The notes under the pieces were generated by a model, which saw nothing but the letters and a program-made list of their open reading frames with translations, was not told where the DNA came from and did not search any database. Made by a program: the position numbers and the translations under genes. From NCBI GenBank assembly GCA_951406725.2, contig OX597822.1, positions 31,434,001-31,498,000 on the forward strand: a stretch of DNA of 64,000 nucleotides. Direction: 5' to 3'. The stretch comes from Octopus vulgaris (taxonomy: Eukaryota). Each line of letters opens with the position of its first letter. Position 1 is the stretch's first letter. Of the stretch, positions 26,104 through 41,633 are shown in pieces.

Positions 26104-27593
26104 AATGTTATCTATCTTGCCATAATATTTTTGATTTCATTTAACTTTTGTATATTCTTTTAGTTTTGGATGGGATATTGTTTTCTTTTCCTTTTTATGT
26201 AGCCCGAACACCGTTTATAATGTTGTTTCCAAATTAGATAGTCTTTTGTGGGGTAGGGAGCAGGATGGAAAACAGTCTTCAAAGACGTTTCAGTTGATTA
26301 TATTGACCTAGTAGTTATCTTTAGATGGAAAATATTAAACTATTGATCAGAGTACTTATTTTTCCCATATGAAGGAAAGAATACAAAATATCTAATTAAC
26401 AATCTAAAAATAAAGAACAATATAAAATGAATTTATTAAACAGGAAAAATACAGATACATAACATTAGTTACAGAGCCAGAAAAAAACTGTAAACTACTA
26501 CATTACGGCAATTCAATATTTGTTTCCAAATTTCCAAACTATGATGAAACGTGAGCCCAAAAGATTTCGTAGCGGGACACGACTATTCACTTTGCTGGAC
26601 TATGTGCTGATTGCACCGATAACGTGATATTTTTTCATAAGGATATGCTTTATCCAGTGTAGCAATTTACCACGGATTCCTAAGTAGGAAAATTTTCACA
26701 GGTGGTGACCATGCGTGGCGCTTTCCTGATACATGACATCAGATACCGGACCCCAACCCAAAGATTTAAGGCCTTCATCGATGTGATAAAAAAAAAAAAA
26801 AACTGTAAGGCAGTCTGTGCTGCAGTGAAAGCCATGCACTTTGGATTTTAGAAAGCTATGGCTTTCCAGGAAGCCAGTTATACCTCATATCACCAGACTT
26901 TCAAAAAAATTGACGCTATGGAAGGTGGGTGAGATTTGTCGATTGACCTGTTTCCCTTTTTTCGGTATATAGCTTGAGTCTAAACAATTTTCCCAGAGGC
27001 TGATTGGCATCGACATTACAAGATCGAATTTTCGTTTCGTTTAGAAGAATTACAATCAGATGTACTTTATATACAACACAATATATGTACACACCTACCA
27101 GACGATATATAACGAAGATTTCTATAACGTTATACTATTTTGATGTGCAAAATAAGCGAATGTAGAAACGTGAAATAATACATAATTTGACATTTCATTT
27201 CCTGCGGGAGCACTATGCGCAAAGAAATATAATAATGTTGGATATGGATGAGAAAAAATAGAAAAATACTAAAACGAAAAGGAGACATAAATGTATGCCG
27301 TATCTCCTATGTCAGAAAAGACCACCATATATTATTATAGCATGATTTAGAAGGTCAATGTGTATACATTGTATTCGAAATGACTTATGTGAACGCATAC
27401 ATTGTTTTGATAAGAACACATACGCACTGTCAAAAATGTATTTGCAGTTGTTCTCTGCAAAGCCTAATGTAAATATACATACACACATGCAAATAGATAC
27501 ACACGCATATATGTGTATATTCATGCATATAAACAAAGGAACACACATTTATGTATATTGAATTAGAGAAGGAATATATGTATATATGTATAA

Positions 27594-27638
<45 letters not shown>

Positions 27639-27750
27639 GTATGTACATATATATATACCTATATAAATATATATGCATATATATAAATACACACACGCAT
27701 ATACATACACACATATACACACGCAAGCACACACACACTCACTCTCTCTT

Positions 27751-27839
<89 letters not shown>

Positions 27840-27947
27840 AAACATTACAATCTCTTCGTCAGGTGAAAACTAGAACATTCTCGTAAAGAATGAATTATTT
27901 GTGAAATATATGTGATAACAGTGTTAGCCTTTGTTACAGAAATATCC

Positions 27948-28112
27948 GCACGAGTGACTGGGTGGTAAGAAGCATGCTAGCGAAACAGATAGTTCCAGAT
28001 CCAGTTACACAGCGTGGAACTTTCTGCAAGTACCTACAACTTTAGCCTCGGGCCGACCAAAGCCTTGTGAGTAGATTTGGTTGACGGAAAGTGAAATATT
28101 CCTGTCGTATAT
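27948..28112 (+). mobile_element. Head fragment of SINE group A
   Basis: TAGCCTCGGGCCGACCAAAGCCTTGTGAGTAGATTTGGTTGACGGAAA, ending in (TA)n. Confidence 0.8.
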
Positions 28113-28123
28113 ATATATATAAG

Positions 28124-28311
28124 AATTTTTTGCGCAATAAGATAAAAAACCAAGGGTGTGTAGATATTAGAACATTTATAGATAGGTCTTATAGCTGTTT
28201 CTGGGATATTTATTAATTATATCCCTTCACAATATATATAAAGTAAGACCTATTTATAAATGTTCTAATATCTACACAGCCTTGTTTTTTATCTTATTGC
28301 GTAAAAAAATT
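28124..28311. mobile_element. Fold-back with 68-bp arms and hammerhead remnant; Penelope-like inverted pLTR in (TA)n
   Basis: 28124-28191 is the near-perfect reverse complement of 28244-28311. The loop reads on the minus strand UGA-A-GGGAUAU-loop-AUAUCCC-A-GAAACAGCUAUA. Confidence 0.65.
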
Positions 28312-28315
28312 ATGT

Positions 28316-28416
<101 letters not shown>

Positions 28417-28457
28417 TGTGTAGAATGTTGAAAAGGAACACACGAGTTGATATATAA

Positions 28458-28813
28458 GGAAAAAAAGTCAAGGTAGAAAATGCTAAAATAATTTTGTAAA
28501 AAAAGCATTTCTGTCATTAAGACTTTTTCAGTTGTAAGTATGGAAAACAATTAAACTTTGGAAAAATTAAAAGAAAAGTTTTTTTAAAAGAATATTTGAA
28601 TAGAATTCAAATACAAGTGGCATTTTACTTGTTTCTGTTTGTCTCTGTCTCTCTTGTTTACTCATGTGGGTTCGAGGTCGTTGTGTATTTGAATACTATG
28701 CAAATATTCTTTTAAAAACTCTTAATTTTTCCAAAAGTTAATTGTTTTTCATACTTACAGTTGAAAACGTCTCAATGAATGTATTTTAGCATTTACTACC
28801 TTGACTATTTTCC
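28458..28813. repeat. Long imperfect inverted repeat (arms about 28458-28615 and 28684-28813) flanked by TA tracts
   Basis: AGTCAAGGTAG..AATGCTAAAATA pairs with TATTTTAGCATT..CTACCTTGACT; AAAAGAATATTTG pairs with CAAATATTCTTTT. Confidence 0.85.
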
Positions 28814-30188
28814 ATATATATATGTATATGTATATACACACACATATATACATGTGTATATAAATATTTGTATGTATATATGCATATGTGTTTGTGTGCG
28901 TATAACTGTGTGTGTGCGCGCGTATGTGTTTGCGTATGATTGTGTGCATGTGAATGTGTATTGTCGGTGTATATGTGAATGGCTATGAATTAGTAAATGA
29001 TGCAAAGGTTACTTTTTTCCATCACCTTATGAACCCAAAACTTTATCTTGTTCTTGATAAAATATTATGAAGCTTCCGCGTGTTCTTTTACAGTCATCTT
29101 TTCTGCTTTTAGTGGCAAATTTACTGCGCTGGAATGTTCTTTAACTACATTTTGTAACCACAGACATACGGTGAGAGAAATAATAAAAATATATCTGAAT
29201 GATTCATATCATACATATATTCGCTGTTCTGAGACAATGAGCTGTTTTGACAACGTTACAAATGTGGAGTATATTGTTTTGCATCGCTGGAATATCAAAT
29301 GTATTTCTACAGATTTCACAGCGATTTTATTGAATAGCATTCGTGAAGTCCTTTATAGATATTTTCAGTTTGGATTTTACTGATGTGGTTTAGCTGAATA
29401 TCAATGTCAGGTCAATAGATATGAGTTTGAGGACTGTAGTTCTTATGTTTCTTTTAGTATGAAATCTATATTGATAGCCAGAGAATAAGGTTTAATGCAT
29501 TTACATTCTGACAGCCATTTCTTTTTATATCCATTAGTGGCTGCTATAGGTTTTAGTATATAATCTTTCTGAACAGTTGTCAATGTGAAAAGGAGAATAA
29601 AACAACGACTTAAGGCATTGAGAAATATGATATCCACTGTTTAGAACATGGTATGCTTATTTCTCTATTGAATATAGAAGGATTTTAACACCAAACGTTC
29701 GAAAGGAATGATTAAATATTATATTTCTATGTTTTCAGATTCTTTTCATTTCCCAATTCTAAACATTAGATGGTATTTATTGTTTAACCTAATAATTTAA
29801 CAGAGCTAAATATAGTTAGCTTTAGTTATAAGTTTATTGATTATAAAAACAGATAGTAGAACAATAAAAATCAACTTTTTTATCAGGTTATTTTCCGAGT
29901 TATTTTTGTGGAAAATAGTAAAGTTCAAATTATTGATAGATCTTATTTGAGAACATTTCATGATAAAACTGACAATATTTCATGTATAATCTTTTATATC
30001 ACTATCAACGATGCAGAAGGAAGCTAAACAAAGGCTCAAAACTTCAAAGTATCGATCTGCTTGATATGGTGTGTAAAGGGTTAGATCAAACAATTAAATA
30101 TAACAAATGAAACTATATTGTAACTATTGTTTGTTCGCATAAACTGACATAGTCAAACACACACGTACACGCATGACCACATATCTGC

Positions 30189-30830
<642 letters not shown>

Positions 30831-31597
30831 ATTCACGTGTGTAGATATAAAACTTCATCATGTGTGTATGCGTTTATACCGTCGATGTCTTGAAAGTTTC
30901 CTATCTAATATATTTATGGTTATATCGATCTGATCAACTGGGCTTATGAACTTTGCATGAGAGGGTCAAATTACCTTCGTGACATATTGTGAGTTTTACA
31001 ACACATTACTAGTATATTAAGCACAATAAAATTGCGAAATATGAGTGAAATTTTATTCTGTCGTTAGGAGAGATTCAGATAAGTTTTCCAGGTTTTCGTA
31101 TAAACTATTTCATTACTCGAAACCAATATATATTATATTATAATGTGGATATCAACGAACTCACCTAAATACGTACGCTCTTATCTACCTACTTAGATAT
31201 CTACCTTCGTACATGTGTATCAAACAAAACATCTAAGAAGTTTCGTTCTCTATATTTATTGGAGAAGTGAGGTGTAAAGCTGATACAAGTTCCTATATTC
31301 TAGACTGTATAGTTACGTGTAAAAAAAAAGACAAAAAAAAAAGATTCAAGAATTTGTGTCAAGGCTGCCTACCACCCGATGTGTTTAACGTATAAGTATA
31401 TTTTAAATGCATGCTGGAAGAGTTGCACCAGCATAATCTGGGTAAATGCGTGTGTTCATATGCTCTTAGATACAAATAGCCACGCTCGTGTGTATTCGTA
31501 GTTATTCCTGTACAACTTTATATTATATATACATATGTATATACCATTGTATATATCATACATATAGGCATGTAGGTAAATACACACACACACACAC

Positions 31598-31643
<46 letters not shown>

Positions 31644-31660
31644 CATCCACACATCCACAC

Positions 31661-31749
<89 letters not shown>

Positions 31750-32037
31750 GAAATGAGGTAATCAGAAGATCGGATAGTTCATATTTATAGATATTTATTT
31801 ATATATTACATTTTTTACATATATATATCTATCATTCAGATCATATCATTCAGATTATTAGCGATTTCTCCCATTCCAGTGGGGTTTTCAAATCAAATTA
31901 ATTCTTTTGTGGGGAATTTGGTCATTTTATAGAGTTTCGTAGTAGTAGGGAGGAACAAGACAGTATAAGAGGGTGAGGTGGATGAGGAGGAAGTGAGAGA
32001 GAGAACATGTGTGTATGTGTATGTGTGTGTGTATGTG

Positions 32038-32128
<91 letters not shown>

Positions 32129-32800
32129 CTTGACATACCGCTTATGAAAGAAATATTTATTTGACTGAATTAAACGGAAATACCGTCATGATCATCAACA
32201 TAACTGAAGACTGAAAGTGCTTCTGTGATAAGATATTTTCTGACGTTGACATAACTACGTGGTTAGTTACATAAAAAGGTAAAGAAAGCATTACTGGTAA
32301 CAAAAATAAAAGAAGATTATCTTAGTATGCTGAAACGACTAATCATTTTCCCATCTTCCTTTAATATAAAATCTTGTAAATAGTATTTTATGCCGGCACT
32401 TGTGATCATCACTTTTATTTTCATTGACTACTCTATAGTATTCATTACTTTAGAATTAGGATACATGGCATATAAAAGGGGTTTATTTTCTCTTAGTATC
32501 ATGCTTTCTTTTGTTCCAGTTTGTGACTATAAACCGACATTTCTACAGTCAAACACTTGATTTACAGCTAACATGAATTTTTAGCTTCGTAAAATATTTT
32601 CAGAGGTTTCTCTCATTAACGGAAGGGTTACGGAACAAGTGAAAGAATCACATTACATAGATAATGTACAGGATGATACACTTTGACTGCCATATTATAA
32701 ACACACACAGTAATGCATATATATATATATGTATATATATGTGCTTATATATATGTGTGTGTGCATATATATATATATATATATATGTGTACATACATAA

Positions 32801-32844
<44 letters not shown>

Positions 32845-33021
32845 TGTCATATTTCTTTAATATTTCTCAGCCCAAAGACTGTAACCATGCTGGAGCACCA
32901 CAAGTGTAATCACCTATTCAGTAACCATTCACATGCGGTCACATTTTATGGAAGAAAGTATTCGACATCGTTTAAGTTTCTTTCCAAGATATAGGTTCAT
33001 CTGAGACGCACATACACACAC

Positions 33022-33102
<81 letters not shown>

Positions 33103-33637
33103 TATACATAAACACACCCATACACATATATAATTGTGTGTGTGTGTTGTAATGTGCAATTTTTGTGTTTTGATAGCAATAAAATTTTCTGGTTTTCTTT
33201 AAATATATTAACCGTCGAGGAAATATTTATATTGCATACATTTTAGACGACAGCTTTATCATATGACTCTCAATTTTCGTAATTTAATATTTAGATCGTT
33301 TTGCTTTTATCACCTAGTAGATGTTTATCCAAATGTATTGTACCTCTTGTTTTGCATTTGATCGAATATTCACAATGCTGATATGCACATATATTTTATA
33401 TTTTCCATTGCATTTGTATGCATATTTCTGTACGAACGACTTCACATTAGAGTATAACAATATACAGTTATAGAGTGTTACCTGCTGGCGATTATAGAAT
33501 TTATGTTTTTAAGATTAAATGCAAAGTAAGAATAATTTAAACTCCTATTTCGTTGATTTCTAAAGTGGGCTTTATAGCCCTACCTCAATAGATGCACAAA
33601 CACCCTCAAGTACTCACGCACACACGTTCGAGTGCAC

Positions 33638-34315
<678 letters not shown>

Positions 34316-34731
34316 TAACAGTAGTTAAATATATACACATAAGTGTAGCAACCCGATATGGCTGCATGGGATAATTTTCTAAAATAGGAATTTATCAATT
34401 GACAGAAAAGTTAAACAAAATATTAGGAAGCAAAACGCCGTAAAATAATCTATAGTTTGCATAATCCCGTCCATCTTGATTTCATTGTCTGCTTACTATA
34501 AATAAGTGAGAATCACCGCATAAATTACAGAAAGTTGTGCAAAGAGGAAAAAATTAAAATCGAAACAAATATCAGATTCGAATACCACTTATCCGTTTTT
34601 TTCCTGATTTATTTCTTTGTTTCTTGATCTCTTTCGTCATCGCTTGAGGTGTTGTATTTCACAATTGAAGTTTTCTTTTTGTTTTTTTTGTTTAAAGCAT
34701 CTAATCATATTGTTCTAACTTTTACACATTT

Positions 34732-34767
<36 letters not shown>

Positions 34768-35571
34768 TAAAAATAGTTACCCAACCACACAGTTTAAATT
34801 TTCCACAAAATGATAAAAGATTAAATTATATATATATTTATGTGTGTGTGTTTTGAGTCGGTGTGTGTGTGTGTGTGAACGGATGGACGTATGTGCTTAT
34901 GTGTGTCAGAGTGAGTGTGTGTAACTAAAACGCATATATACGTACATACATACATACAAACACAATTATTTATTTCGCAGCAAATACAGCTATAAATAAT
35001 AGCATCGAATATTTGGTTAAAAGACATTTGGAGTATGTATGCTTGGGTGTCCGTATGAACATTTAGAGATGAATTGTGATGAAACAACAAGTCAAAATGA
35101 ATTTCTAGTGTGATATTATTTTTCTACTGAGCCTCGCTTAAAAAATCACGATTGATATATCTGTGAAGAAACAAACGCATTTATATTGTACTAGTCGGTA
35201 ATAATGTTGAGATGGTTGTCACAAAACTGCGGCTATGCAAGGAGGTGTTGTTGGTCAAAATAAGTTTATAAATGGTGACACATGTATACACGCGCGCGCG
35301 CGCACACACACTCACACACAGATGTATATGTCAGTTTATAAACTGAGAGAGCGAGTGAGCTTAACCCTAGGGAATGGTGCAGCTTCACGGATGAGGATTA
35401 ATTCAATCCGAAATCACCATTAATCTGACGCTCTTGTTTGCTGTATGGAGGTTGTCTACCTTGTCCGTTAACAGAGTGTTCCACCCGTCACTATATATAT
35501 GTATAGAATTAAAATCCAAATGAGGGTGAAAAATTCTATATTAATTTAATAATATCAGTTTAACACCAATG

Positions 35572-35623
<52 letters not shown>

Positions 35624-35688
35624 TAAGAGAGTGGTCACTATATGGCTCACACTATTAAATTAGTATCTAATTCTCTCACCCTTATTAA

Positions 35689-35755
<67 letters not shown>

Positions 35756-35759
35756 GATA

Positions 35760-36058
35760 CTGTTGTGTCTGGGGAGAGTCATTTTCTTTTCGTGCCTTAT
35801 AATTAACATACACACCACTTATTTCATATTGTTAATTTCCTAAAATTGTCGTTGCGTCTTGCAACACTTTCAATAGTCTTGAGTCAATGCTATTGAAATG
35901 GTTGCAAGGAAAATAAAAATAAGACATAAGTGGAAATTTATACTGGACGGTATGTTCAACTATAAAACACAAAAAGAAAATGACTATTCCCAAACAACAG
36001 AATATGCTTCAACACACGAACTCAATTAAAGAATCTTGCCAACCAAATCTAAAAACGA
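35760..36058. mobile_element. Fold-back element adjoining (TA)n, same family as 51951-52222
   Basis: CTGTTG...AGTCATTTTCTTTT pairs with AAAAGAAAATGACT...CAACAG. Inner hairpin TTGCAAC..TTTCAATAG / CTATTGAAA..GTTGCAA. The downstream AATATGCTTCAACAC is shared with the second copy. Confidence 0.75.
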
Positions 36059-36256
36059 AATATATATATATATATACATATATATATGCATATAGATATA
36101 TACATATATATGCATGTACATATATACATATATATGCATATAGATATATATACATGAAAATATATACATATGTGTGTGTGCGTATGTACATATATATATA
36201 TATGTACGAATGCTAGATTACATACATGTATATGAGCTCACATACACACCCATATG

Positions 36257-36301
<45 letters not shown>

Positions 36302-36864
36302 ATACGACGGGATTTTTCAGTTTCCGCCTGCGAAACCTACTTTCATAACTTTACTCCCCAGAGAAGAGCGTGTTGGACATCGATCAAACTTCTCGAAACA
36401 ACTAGTTTAAAGTTTCCTAAGAGAAATCCAATAATCTATTAACACCAGTACAAATTGAAACATCGTTTGTCATATGTTGTGTGAATAACTAATTCATCTA
36501 TAAACAGTGTTTTTTGAAGCCTGATACTATATTAGTATGACCAAATTGTTGAGCAAGAAAACTTTCACGATCGCACCTTTCCCATTTCAATCACTGAGAA
36601 ACATTAGAAAACCAAATTAAGTAACACAATTAACAATCAGTCCTGTGTGAAGTATGGCAGATAAATAGAGTTATTGAAAATGTAGACCTTAAGTAAATGA
36701 AAGTCAAAAATATTTTAAATAAAGTGTATGGAAAGATGAAAATTGGTTAATGCTGCAGAAGATATGCACATATAATATATCTGAATGCTAAATAGGAAGC
36801 ATACCTTATCTGCAAATAAGATGATAATTGTTTTCTTCCAATCTTCCATGTCCACCTTTAATGA

Positions 36865-37121
36865 TAAGATAAATGTTCCTTCTCGAGCCATGCCAGGCTC
36901 ATAAGTGCCGTTTTCCCGGTTTCAGTGGGATAGAAATTCCCCACATGGACAGGATGCCGGTCCGTGGCAGGATTACTCATTTTTGCTCGCTGAGTGGACT
37001 GGAGCAATGTGAAAATGAAGTGTTTTGCTCAAGAACACAACGCATCACCCGGTCCAGGAATCGAAACCACAACCTTACGATCATGAGTTCAACATCCTAA
37101 CCACTAAGCCAAGCGCCTCCA
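36865..37121 (-). mobile_element. SINE group B with 12-bp TSD
   Basis: Same head and core as 23194-23456. Direct repeat CACCTTTAATGA at 36853-36864 and 37122-37133. Confidence 0.92.
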
Positions 37122-38296
37122 CACCTTTAATGAGAGGGAAATGCAAATATTCCACTATCTGTTAGAACGATATTATTTCTTCTTCCTTCATCCTATTTCA
37201 TTTATCATTCTTATTAATTAATTGTTCTTTCTTTTTCTGTTCATTTTCTTTCTTTTGGAAGAATCTTCTTTAAACATGTCTTCACTGAAATATGTATTGC
37301 TTTTTGTTTTATTGTCCCTTGCAGGGAAACCATACCCCAATTGACTAATACTTTACAAAGACACATACTGCACATAAATCAAATGTTTCGTTCTTTTCCA
37401 GTATATGGTGTTTTACCAATTCATCCATTACATGTTTCTACTGCATATGTTTGCTATAACATTGCATGGGTATATCCCCTTAACGCCGCTCATTAATTTT
37501 CTTCAATTTATGTCTGTAACCGACCAGGAATAGTTAAATACTTGACGTAAATCATCCTAAATTCGGGATGAACACTTAAATTATATGGAATTTATACGAT
37601 AAAACAATCTCTTTCTTACTTTTGTGATCTGGGGTATTTGTATCTTTTAATCTACTTTGTTAGTGCATTGTAGTCATAATGAAATCCGTGCTAAAAATAC
37701 TAATAATTTGAATATATACTCATAATTTGAATATATGCTTACAAATTGTATTACGTATTTGTCGATTATTATTGGTCGAAGATTTGAAATTACATTCATA
37801 TCTTACAAATTCCCGGTAGGAAGGCTTGAGAGACGGTATTTACCACCATACTGATATTGAGTTTATCTAACGAATTAGATATACTATGATTTGAATCTAC
37901 TAATGATTTTAAATTTAACACTTTGTCTAAATTAATGAACTCCTTCCCTATAAGAATAATTGTGTGCATATTGATTGGTTGCAAAATGTATTATGCAACA
38001 TCACAAGAAGACCGACATTTTACAGAAGAATCTTTTCAGAAGTAAGTCTAAGTAGTTTCATTCTAACAAGTCACAAACTTAAGCCGACTTCATCGTATGA
38101 TCTCGTGACTACATCAAATAATTTCGGGTTATCATATTTAATTCAAAGACAATTATAGTTATATAGCAATGCTTTTCTCGCATGTATCAGTCAGAACCCG
38201 TATCTCTAATTGGAATAAAATACACACAAATATAATGCGAGAGAGAAAGAGAGAAGGGGAGAGAGAGAAAATAGGGAGAGGAAGAGAGAGAGAGAG

Positions 38297-38335
<39 letters not shown>

Positions 38336-39512
38336 GGTGTGTATATACATATATGAATATATATTATATATATCATATATTAATTTATACATATATGATT
38401 ATATATATATATATATATATATCATATTATATATGTATACACACATATATAGTGCATTATTATATATATATATAGATGCACTTCAAATATTACATATGTT
38501 AGTGTGATTGTGGGAGGAAAATCACTTGTATATTTCTTCACTTTGTATGTAGCAGCGTTAACCGTGACATTCTGAATGGCCACTTTAATAATGCATTTAG
38601 TATTGCTAGTGCTGCCAAAGAACTCTCCAGAAGTGGGATCTCTACATGAGTGGGTTTACATGGAATTTGCTGTGAGTTCGGAAATGTCAGCAGATAAAAT
38701 ATTTTCTGCTTCTGGGGTGTATTTTTGATGTAATTTTTATGCTGGGTGTTAGCGCGTGCATGGATTTTTTTCTTCTTAAGAGTTTTTAGGATTTCAGGAA
38801 GCATTGACCTTCAAGAATTTACTTTAATGCTGTTTGCTTTTTGTAAGTGAGTGATGTGTTTTTCATATGTGAAATGTTTGTTCCTTTAACCAGTTAGAAA
38901 AAATAATATCATACATGGAAATTTATATTTCCAAAAACTGTTTTTAACAATGAGAATCAGTAATGCATATAAAACAAAATTATCAAATAGGCATGTTGAA
39001 GCACTGGACACTATGAAATATATAGTTGGAAATAGCAGGTACCAAAGCATAAATCACTATTGGCAAGATGGAATATGGTCGTGCACTTAAATTTCTCATT
39101 AACACGGCACAAAATCTAGCACCCAAACTTTTATTGCTTTCACATACTTTTCTACCGCTACCACACTGACCTCTATTTTTCATAGCTTTGTAATTTCGTT
39201 CTCCTCGATCAGCGACCACTCATCTTGCTTATCTCCTCTCTACCTGTCAGGTTGTATCCACCATTCAGTCCGTAATATTAACTTTCTGATCCAATCCTTC
39301 TATTCATCTCAGATTCTAATGCTTGAGTTATTTATTATCTCTGAGCCATTATTTTCCCTACTCTTGTTCGCGAACACCATATGCAATGATCTCACGTTTT
39401 CAGACATCTTTGAATGCAAAGCCCTATTCTTTAGACAAGTCCCTGAAGGAGATTTATCTTAAATAATAACAGTATTTCACAGTATACATACATACATACA
39501 TATATATATATA

Positions 39513-39786
39513 TGACCGGGCTGCGTGTTGTGTTCTCGAGCAAGACACTTTATTTCACGTTGCTCCAGTTCATTCAGCTGTAGAAATGAGTTGCGACGTC
39601 TCTGGTGCCAAGCTGTATCGACCTTTGTCTTTCCCTTGGATAACACTGGTGGCGTAGAGAGGGGAGGCTGGTATGCATGGGCGACTGCTGGTCTTCCATA
39701 AACAACCTTGCCCGGACTTGTGTCTAAGAGAGTAACTTTCTAGGTGCAATCCCATGGTCATTCATGACCGAAGGGGGTCTTTACCT
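39513..39786 (+). mobile_element. Head-truncated SINE with group B core and a different tail
   Basis: GTTGTGTTCTCGAGCAAGACACTTTATTTCACGTTGCTCCAGTTCATTCAGCTG, then an unrelated tail ending GACCGAAGGGGGTCTTTACC. Confidence 0.8.
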
Positions 39787-40926
39787 TTTTTTTTTTTTTA
39801 CATATACATATATACATATACATATATACAATTTCATAGAATTGTAATATGCTTCTCAACTTTGGTAGGCTCTTTCTTAAGGTATCCTTTTTTGTAACTC
39901 AACTCTTGTCCTTCGTTTTAAACATTCTATATCAATAACCCTCGTGAACATCATGCACGGCCTACTTATCCCTGGGAGATAACTCTATAATGTGGTTTGA
40001 CCAGCTAGAAACACCAGTGAAACGGTCTTACTACTTTTCATTTTAAACCTAAATAGATTCAGAATAGAATGTACACAACACATATTTTAGAAAGAAACAC
40101 ACTATATCTGAAAAATCGAAATAGGTGTAAAAAAAAAGTAAGAAGAAAAAAAAAAAACACTGAAATTGTTTTGAGGATATATCTACTCGATCTACTCGAG
40201 CACAGCCGACCTGGAGGTTCAAAGATAGAAATAATTCTGTCATTGTTATTCATCGTCTCTATTGCTGAAATCGATTTAGAGTTAATACTTCCTAAAACAA
40301 AATTTTTGTCGCTTCAGAATTTGCATCAGAATTTCCGCGAATAAAGTACTTATAGTTAAAGATGTAACAAAAATACACCCCATTAGTTGGATACCTTAAC
40401 ATCAAAGCTTGTTCTCTGTTATTGATTCTCCGCTTTACAACCTTACGTGTGTCATTTGAGAGATATAAAAATCAATTAAACATCAACATTTATCTGATTG
40501 TTACTATAGCTTCGCGCGATAACACCTTTCCAACCTTCAACGTTGCCGACTTGCGTTTGAATATGAAGAACAATCGGAGCCAATTTTATTTCAAAGAGAC
40601 CGTAGTTGATAACCTAATTATATGCTTTGAAACAGTCTCTGTAATTTTTTTCTTCATTTCATTAGAAAAAAGAGGTGAAAATGTATCAAATAAACATATA
40701 GGACATGTGTTGTTTGATATACGACGTACACATGCAAATACTAGATATTAACATTAAACAATTTTAGTTAACTTCCAAGATATTTATTGTTAGTAAATTC
40801 AATAAAACAACATGTAGGTAAGACGTTTCTGACAGATCGCATACTAATACAAACAAGATTGTGTTTAATTTGACTTCAAGAGTAGGATACAACATAACGC
40901 GATAGAAGAACATCAGTATATATATA

Positions 40927-41312
40927 TCTCTCTCTATATAAACGGCAGTTTGTCTGTGCGTGTTTCTGTGTGTCTGTTTTCTTGTACCCTCACCCTGACC
41001 ACGGCTTTCAACCGATTCTGATGAAACTTGACACACACATAGCCCAATGTCATAATTCAAAACTAACGCAGCGAAAATTTTGAAAAGTTCCCCCAGTTCT
41101 GAAAGAAATCGATAAATTCGACATGGGGTCGAGAATCAGAGACACAAACCACAAACTGTCAAGGGGACGCAACTCCACCTTTATTAACTCTCAAAAAAAA
41201 AATTTACCATAATTTTTTTCCATTTTTTTGCTATCTTTTGGCTATAACTCTCTAAAAATGCTTTATAGTTATTTCCCTTACAAACCTGAGCAACGCCGGG
41301 CGATACTGCTAG
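40927..41312 (+). mobile_element. Non-autonomous Helitron
   Basis: Inserted between A and T with no TSD. 5' TC, 3' CTAG (41309-41312), and subterminal hairpin CCTGAGCAACGCCGGG about 10 nt upstream. Confidence 0.85.
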
Positions 41313-41419
41313 TATATATATATATATATATATATAGCTGTGTATGTACACATATATATGTATATACGTGTGTATGTATCTATGTATATTTGTATCTAAG
41401 TACATATATGTGTGATTAA

Positions 41420-41582
41420 GTACTCGGTTACAACGTCCAGTTGATCTGATCAACAGATGGCCCGCGCGTGAAATGAGCGCGCAAATGACTGACCATTTCA
41501 CATACGCTTGCATAATCTTATCGTAGTTCTTATGGGGATCCAAAGTGACACATCGGATGTGACAAGGCTGGGGCATTGAACC
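41420..41582 (-). mobile_element. Degenerate 3' tail of group D SINE
   Basis: Reverse-complement similarity to 20235-20400 (GTTGATCTGATCAAC, GTGAAAT, GTGACAAGGCTGG). Confidence 0.65.
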
Positions 41583-41601
41583 GTAGTTCAATGTCTCACA
41601 T

Positions 41602-41633
<32 letters not shown>

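Noticed and set aside
37663-37674. 12-nt match to the 5' end of miR-33 (and 10-nt miR-125-like TCCCTGAGAC at 3730)
   Set aside because: The match stops after the seed region and no precursor hairpin is apparent.
38545-38650. Possible plus-strand terminal exon (SVNRDILNGHFNNAFSIASAAKELSRSGIST*) after an acceptor-like TAG; similar acceptor-like sites near 37324 and 26701
   Set aside because: Short, no recognisable family and no consistent exon chain; cannot be supported without transcript data.
41018-41028. CTGATGA hammerhead-like core (also near 62148)
   Set aside because: No stem II or appropriately placed GAAA and stem I; part of a Helitron internal motif and a decayed group C SINE respectively.
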